Assembly: GCA_964016885.1 (NCBI GenBank)
Contig: OZ024743.1
Coordinates: 63,116,001 to 63,180,000, forward strand
Reading direction: 5' to 3'
Length of the DNA stretch: 64,000 nt
DNA from: Eledone cirrhosa
Lineage: Eukaryota
Of the stretch, positions 57,715-64,000 are shown one piece after another. The stretch's first letter is position 1. Each line of letters starts with the position of its first letter. A model generated the notes under the pieces. It was not told where the DNA came from. It did no database searches and saw only the letters and a program-made list of their open reading frames with translations. Made by a program: the position numbers and the translations under genes.

Positions 57715-58757
57715 GTCAAACAATGGGTACACAAGAGATGTAGCGGGATCTCAGGAAGCTTAATTAAGAATGTAGGATTCACATGCAGCAGCTGTGCTGA
57801 AACAGCAAGCAAACAGCCACAGGAAACAAGTACCACCAATCTCTGGGAGGGCCCTGTAGAAACAGTAGACAGCTTCTGCTACCTAGGTGACCGAATTAGC
57901 AACGGAGGTGGGTGCTCAGAAAGTACAATAACTAGGGTAAGAACGGGATGGAAGAAGTTTAGGGAACTACTACCACTGCTAGCTGCAAAAGGCTTCTCCC
58001 TCAGAATGAAAGGCAGACTGTATGATGCGTGTATCCGAACAGCGATGTTGCATGGTAGTGAGACCTGGGCGCTGAAGGTGGAAGACTTACGTAGATTAGA
58101 GAGAAACGAAGCCTGCATGCTCCGATGGATGTGTAACAGTAATATACGTGAACGACAAAGCATAAAGGAATTGAGAGAGAGACTGAGCATAAGAGGAATC
58201 AAATGCTGCGTGCAGGAGAGGCGGTTACGCTGGTATGGACATGTGATGCGTATGAAGGATGACAGCTGCATAAAAAGGTGCAGAGCACTAGAAGTTGATG
58301 GAAACCGCGGAGTGGGGAGACCCAAGATGACTTGGGATGAGGTGATAAAAGCCGACCTTACCCAACTACACCTCTCAAAGTCAATGACACACGACCGTGA
58401 CTTCTGGCGTCACGCAGTAATACAGGGTACCCGACCTCCCATGGGTACATGCTGAAGCATATAAACAATATGCCCCCCCCCCCCCACCGCAAGGTGGTCG
58501 TGGAGGTGCCACGGCAAAAAAGCACCCAGCCCACACTGTAAAGTGGACGTGTAGGCGCCACGAAAAAGCACCCAGCACTCACTGTAAATGAGGTTGGTGT
58601 TAGGAAGGGCATCCAGCTGTAGAAATCAAGCCAGATCAGTTCCTGTATGAGCAAGGCATGGTCAGCCGACCAGACACTGCCCACAACAGGACAACCCGTC
58701 TAACCCATGCTAGCGTGGAAGAACGGACGTAAAACGGTGATGATGATGATGATGATG
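57715..58757 (+). mobile_element. 5'-truncated RTE LINE with SINE-like 3' UTR and (TGA)n tail
   Basis: [43 protein letters not shown]. Confidence 0.9.
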
Positions 58758-58759
58758 AG

Positions 58760-61457
58760 ACATAGTCCTTTCGTCACACACTCTGTGACCTCTTCAGTGA
58801 CTGGGGATTCCTTTCTTCGTTTCTGTGCCTTTTCTTTCTTCTATCCTACGCCATTTTGTTTCTGTGTGTGTGTTGTGTGCTCAGTTTGCGCATGTGTCAC
58901 ATCCGGGTGTCTGTGTGTGTTTGTGTTCATTTTTCTATTTGTTTATTTATTTATTGTTGGTTGGTTGTTTGTTCTATGTGTGTGTGTGTGTTTTCATTTT
59001 GTCCTGTGGGTGTGTTTTCAATTGTAAGTTGTTTGTTCTATGTGTGTGTGTGTTTTCATTTTGTCCTTAATTGTAAGTTGTGATGTTGCTGTTCCACTCA
59101 TATTTTCTATTTAATTTTGGTTTTAATTCTTTTATGCTTACTGCCTCTGTAATTTGCCTAAACTTGTCTTTTCTGTGCGTGGATTCTATTTTTATTTCTA
59201 TGCTCTCTAATCTACCCCTGTGTTCTATCTTAGCATGTTGGTAGAGCACAGATGATTCTTTATTATCTTGGAGGTCTCACCAGTGTTCATTTATTCGTTC
59301 CCCTATACTACGAGCTGTCTCACCTATGTACACTATATTTTTGTTTCTACATTGTCCTTCAGTACATCTTATGCTATACACTACATTTCTAGTTTTACAG
59401 TTAATATGGGGGCTTATTTTACAGGTTATACATTTCTTATCTATACATGAGGGTCTTTGGAACGGGTATGTCTTGCTAATAAGTGTTTTTACGGAGGTAC
59501 CAGGTCTTTCTACTATCTTAATATTGAGATTATGTTTATTTAGGGCCTTTCTAAATTTGTAGGCTAGTTCGCCTCTAGGGGTTGTATTGATGAACATTAC
59601 ACTCTGGTATTTATTGCTATCATACCATGAGTTTATTCTATTGGCCTTGTTCCTAGTTCTTTCTATTCTATTCCAAAATTTGCTCCTATACAAGGGGCAG
59701 GTCCCATTTATGTCATTATTTACCATTTTTTCCCATTTGGTTCTGGCTCCTTTATACACTCTGATTCTATCTCTCTGATTGTAGCCAGAGAACTGCATCC
59801 GGTGGATGAAGTGTTGTATGTGTCTCTCTAGTTCTTCGGGGTTGCACATGCGGGACACATTTCTCATCACCCGTACCAAATCCGCAATCAGTATGTTGAT
59901 TTTGGTATGGTCCGAAATGGCCGAGTTTCGGTGGATCAGATGTTTGGAAGTCATGGGTTTGGCATAATGGGAATGGAGGATTTGTTTTTGGTTGTTAATG
60001 GTATCTAACCAGAGCTCTGTGTCTAGTACAGGTAATCGATGGTTGGGGTGTCTACTTGGGTAGTCTATAGTAACTCTAATGCTCTGGTGGATGGAGTTTG
60101 CTATTTGCTGGATGCTTTCCATTGTGTTTTTCTCTAGTTCCTGACTGTTCTTTAGTGGGGGTGTCTTAACTACGATGTTTATATCATCTACGTAGCGGGA
60201 GTACATTATCAGGGTTAAGCTGTCTTCTAATTGTTCATTAAGTTTTTGTTTAAGTCTACTGTCCCACCATACCATGAATAAGTTAGCTATGTCGCCTGCA
60301 ATGCTAACACCAATGGCTGCTCCTTCCTCTTGGGCATATGTCTTACCATTAAATTTGAACATATGTTCCTTAAGGGTTAGTTTTATGCTGGCCCCTACCG
60401 CATGTGCAATCATTTTCTTCAGTTCATCGTGGTTTTCGGGTGTCCGTATGGCTCTGGTCCACCCGTTCCATCTATCTGTGTGGGTTTTCTTGGCCATTGA
60501 GGTAATGGTAGGTGGTCTGCCTCTTGCTGGTCTTGTAGGGCACAGGTTGCTAAGGTCATAAGTGTCTAGGTAACTATTACTATGGGTAAGCTTAAGTAGA
60601 AGTCCCAGCTCACTGGTATCATTCCCACGGAACTCAACCTTGCTCTCGCTGATCATTTCTACGCATTTCTCCACAGCAAAATCCACGTCAATAGATGGAT
60701 ACAGGGACACAACATCCATACTGCCTAATATGCAGTTTGTTAGGTCCCCAGATCGGTTACCCGCGCCGATTCTGCTGAGGAGGTCCTCCATGCTGTCACA
60801 CACATCTGGGGACATCTCAATGATGGGGCGTATGATCAGGGAGAGGAAGTAGGACAGTCTGTAGTTACTAGCAATGTTAGCCCCACAGACTGGTCGTGTT
60901 GGTGGTCCCGTGACAGGGTCCCAGCCCGTTTTATGGTCTTTTCGAAGCCCATACAACGCCGGCACGTCATTGTTCCAGGCCTGGAAGTTGTTGGCAGTCT
61001 TTTTGTTGGGCAGCATTATATTTGTCCACATCACCATATGGGCATTGAGGGCTTTTTCTCTATCCTCATGCTCCTGTGGTGTTACCTCTCTTGTGTTAGT
61101 GATGTGGGGTTGCATTGCCTGGATGTAGTTTGGCAGGCTGTCAACCGACATTCTGCCAGACTTGTCTGTTGGAAAACATGCTATCTCTCCATTACGCGAG
61201 CGCTGCATGAGCTTACGCAAGCCATTTGCAGATTCTTCTCCCAGTTGCTGGGCCTCTATTCTATTATGCTTCTTGCTATACTGTTCTATAATATTTCTAA
61301 GTTCGGATTTAGCTATACTAAATTGTGCTTCTGTTTGTTCATCGACCTGCGACGGCAACTGCGTGCGTTTGTTAAATGGCAAAGTCGTGGCGTGGACTCG
61401 TCGCAGGTCGAATGATTTATCGGAGGGGTTATAAAACGGAGAGTTCCAGGCTGCTGC
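58760..61457 (-). mobile_element. Penelope-like element (RT + GIY-YIG endonuclease), 5'-truncated, one in-frame stop
   Basis: PTDKSG, LYGLRKDHK, TRPV, SMDVVSLYPSI, QEEGAAIG, RYVDD, LPVLD; NVVYSIRC..YIGETARSIGERINEH (GIY-YIG); TGA at 59279-59277, then the same frame continues to 59067; hammerhead core at 58764-58802. Confidence 0.93.
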
Positions 61458-61583
61458 TTTATAATTTATAAGTTTGTAGATTTGTAAATTTATGAATTTA
61501 TAAATATATAATAAATTGAAGTGAAAGCAACTGGTGCGTGTGTTTCTTATTGGCAACATGACCCTCCCAAAGTATAACAATAT
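61458..61583 (-). repeat. Right 126-bp inverted repeat
   Basis: Partner of 57539-57664. Confidence 0.92.
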
Positions 61584-61637
61584 CGGTTTCAACACATGAT
61601 TTCAGATAAAGAATCTTGCTAAACAAATTCAGAAACG

Positions 61638-61725
<88 letters not shown>

Positions 61726-61739
61726 CACTATATATATAT

Positions 61740-63010
61740 CATCATCATCATCGTTTAACGTCCATATACCACGCTTGCATGGGTTTGGACGTGAATTTTC
61801 CACTTGAGGCAAGATTGGTTGTCTTGCTCGTATAGGACTGTCTGGCGGGTTTTCTACGGCTGGATGCCCTTCCTAACACCAACCACATTTACAGTGTGGG
61901 GCTGGGAGGTTTTTACCGTGTTGCCTACACAGCCACATTACAGCATGAACTGTGTGTTTTTTTGACGTGACACCTACACGATCTCATTTGTTTCGGCCTG
62001 GATGTTGTGGCACCAACATAACTTTACATTGAAAGGGGCGGTGTGGATGGGGTGGGGGTGGTGGGACGGGGGTGTATTTTGTTATGAGATGCCTACTGAC
62101 TGTAGTAGGTTTTACTTTGTATTTAGGTAAGGCGGGTCTTCTCTATTACTGAGTACCGCCAAAGGTCTCGGTCCAGTGACATTGTCTTGGTCAGGTGTAA
62201 GTGTGTGAGGTCGGAATTTATCAGCTTGTCCCAGGTTTTTCTGGGTCTGCCTATTCCGTGGCTACCGTCTATCTTTATTGCCCTGCACTTTGTTATACAG
62301 CTATCGTCCTTCATGCGCATCACGTGACCATACCAACGTAGCCTTCTCTCGAGTAAACAACATCTGATCCCTCTCATTTCTAATTTTTTCCTTAGTTCGT
62401 TAATGCTTTGCCGTTCACGTATATTACTATTACACATCCAGCGGAGCATGCAAGCTTCGTTCCTCTCTAGTCTGCGTATATCCTCTGCACACAATGCCAA
62501 GGTCTCACTGCCATGCAACATTGCTGTTCGTATGCAGGCATCATACAGCCGGCCTTTCATTTTTAGGGAGAACCCTTTAGCGGCTAATAGTGGTATAAGC
62601 TCTCTGAACTTTTTCCATCCAGTTCTGACTCTAGCTACTGTACTTTCAGAGCACCCTCCCCCACTGCTGATTTTGTCACCCAGGTAACGGAAGCAGTCCA
62701 CTATTTCTATAGAACCCTCTGCGCAATTGAAAGAGCTAGTATTTTGTGGGCACTTGCTGCTACTTATTGCACCAGAGCACCGGCCACATGTAAAATCTAT
62801 GTTCTTAGTTAGCTTACCTGTGATCCCACTACATCTTTTATGCACCCAAACTTTGCATTTGGGACATAAAATGGAGTTTGTACCTACGACTTTCCTACAC
62901 ACTGAGCATAGGCCATTTCACGGAAGGGACCGGCGCCCTATTTTCTTTCCTACAAACTAGAACTTTAGTCTTAGCCAGGTTAATTTTAAGGCCTTTTGAT
63001 TCTAGGCATA
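61740..63010 (-). mobile_element. 5'-truncated RTE LINE, same family as 2834-4022
   Basis: ORF 62123-62902 nearly identical to 3059-3637; (TGA)n tail. Confidence 0.9.
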
Positions 63011-63059
63011 TATGTATATTACACTATATATATATATATATATATACTACACTATATAT

Positions 63060-64000
63060 CATCATCATCATCATCATCGTTTAACGTCCATGTTCCACGC
63101 TTGCATGGGTTTGGACGGAGGGTTTTCCCACTTGAGGCAAGAGTGGTTATCTTGCTCGCATAGGACTATCTGGCGGGTTTTCTACAGCTGGATGCCCTTC
63201 CTAACACCAACCACATTTACAGTGTGGGGCTGGGAGGTTTTTACCGTGTTGCCTACACAGCCACATTACAGCATGAACTGTGTGTTTTTTTGACGTGACA
63301 CCTACACGATCTCATTTGTTTCGGCCTGGATGTTGTGGCACCAACATAACTTTACATTGAAAGGGGCGGTGTGGATGGGGTGGGGGTAGTGGGACGGGGG
63401 TGTATTTTGTTATGAGATGCCTACTGACTGTAGTAGGTTTTACTTTGTATTTAGGTAAGGCGGGTCTTCTCTATTACTGAGTACCACCAAAGGTCTCGGT
63501 CCAGTGACATTGTCTTGGTCAGGTGTAAGTGTGTGAGGTCGGAATTTATCAGCTTGTCCCAGGTTTTTCTGGGTCTGCCTATTCCGTGGCTACCGTCTAT
63601 CTTTATTGCCCTGCACTTTGCTATACAGCTGTCGTCTTTCATGCGCATCACGTGACCATACCAACGTAGCCTTCTCTCGAGTAAACAACATCTGATCCCT
63701 CTCATTTCTAATTTTTTCCTTAGTTCGTTAATGCTTTGCCGTTCACGTATATTACTATTACACATCCAGCGGAGCATGCAAGCTTCGTTCCTCTCTAGTC
63801 TGCGTATATCCTCTGCACACAATGCCCAGGTCTCACTGCCATGCAACATTGCTGTTCGTATGCAGGCTTCATACAGCCGGCCTTTCATTTTTAGGGAGAA
63901 CCCTTTAGCGGCTAATAGTGGTATAAGCTCTCTGAACTTTTTCCATCCAGTTCTGACTCTAGCTACTGTACTTTCAGAGCACCCTCCCCCACTGCTGATT
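63060..64000 (-). mobile_element. RTE LINE copy running off the window end
   Basis: Nearly identical to 61740-62680. Confidence 0.9.

Overview
AT-rich, repeat-dense eukaryotic genomic DNA, not prokaryotic. The SINE, RTE and microsatellite content resembles octopus/cephalopod DNA (inference). The window appears to lie within one minus-strand gene, a LAP-family LRR protein most similar to Scribble. Eleven GT-AG exons (55320 down to 14669) splice in frame to give the C-terminal LRRs, the LAP-specific region and an acidic linker. The introns contain many transposable elements: RTE LINEs sitting in (TA)n/(TATACA)n microsatellites, including one near-full-length copy; a CR1/L2-type LINE enclosed in a Helitron-like element; a Penelope-like RT/GIY-YIG element; tRNA-derived SINEs; and piggyBac-, hAT- and mariner-type MITEs. 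Less expected structure includes several minimal hammerhead-ribozyme-like motifs, two near-perfect fold-back palindromes next to TA tracts, a 4-kb block bounded by 126-bp inverted repeats, and a TTACAC-(TA)n array around that block. All long Y/I/H/M/C-rich or T/V/P-rich ORFs are artefacts of simple repeats.
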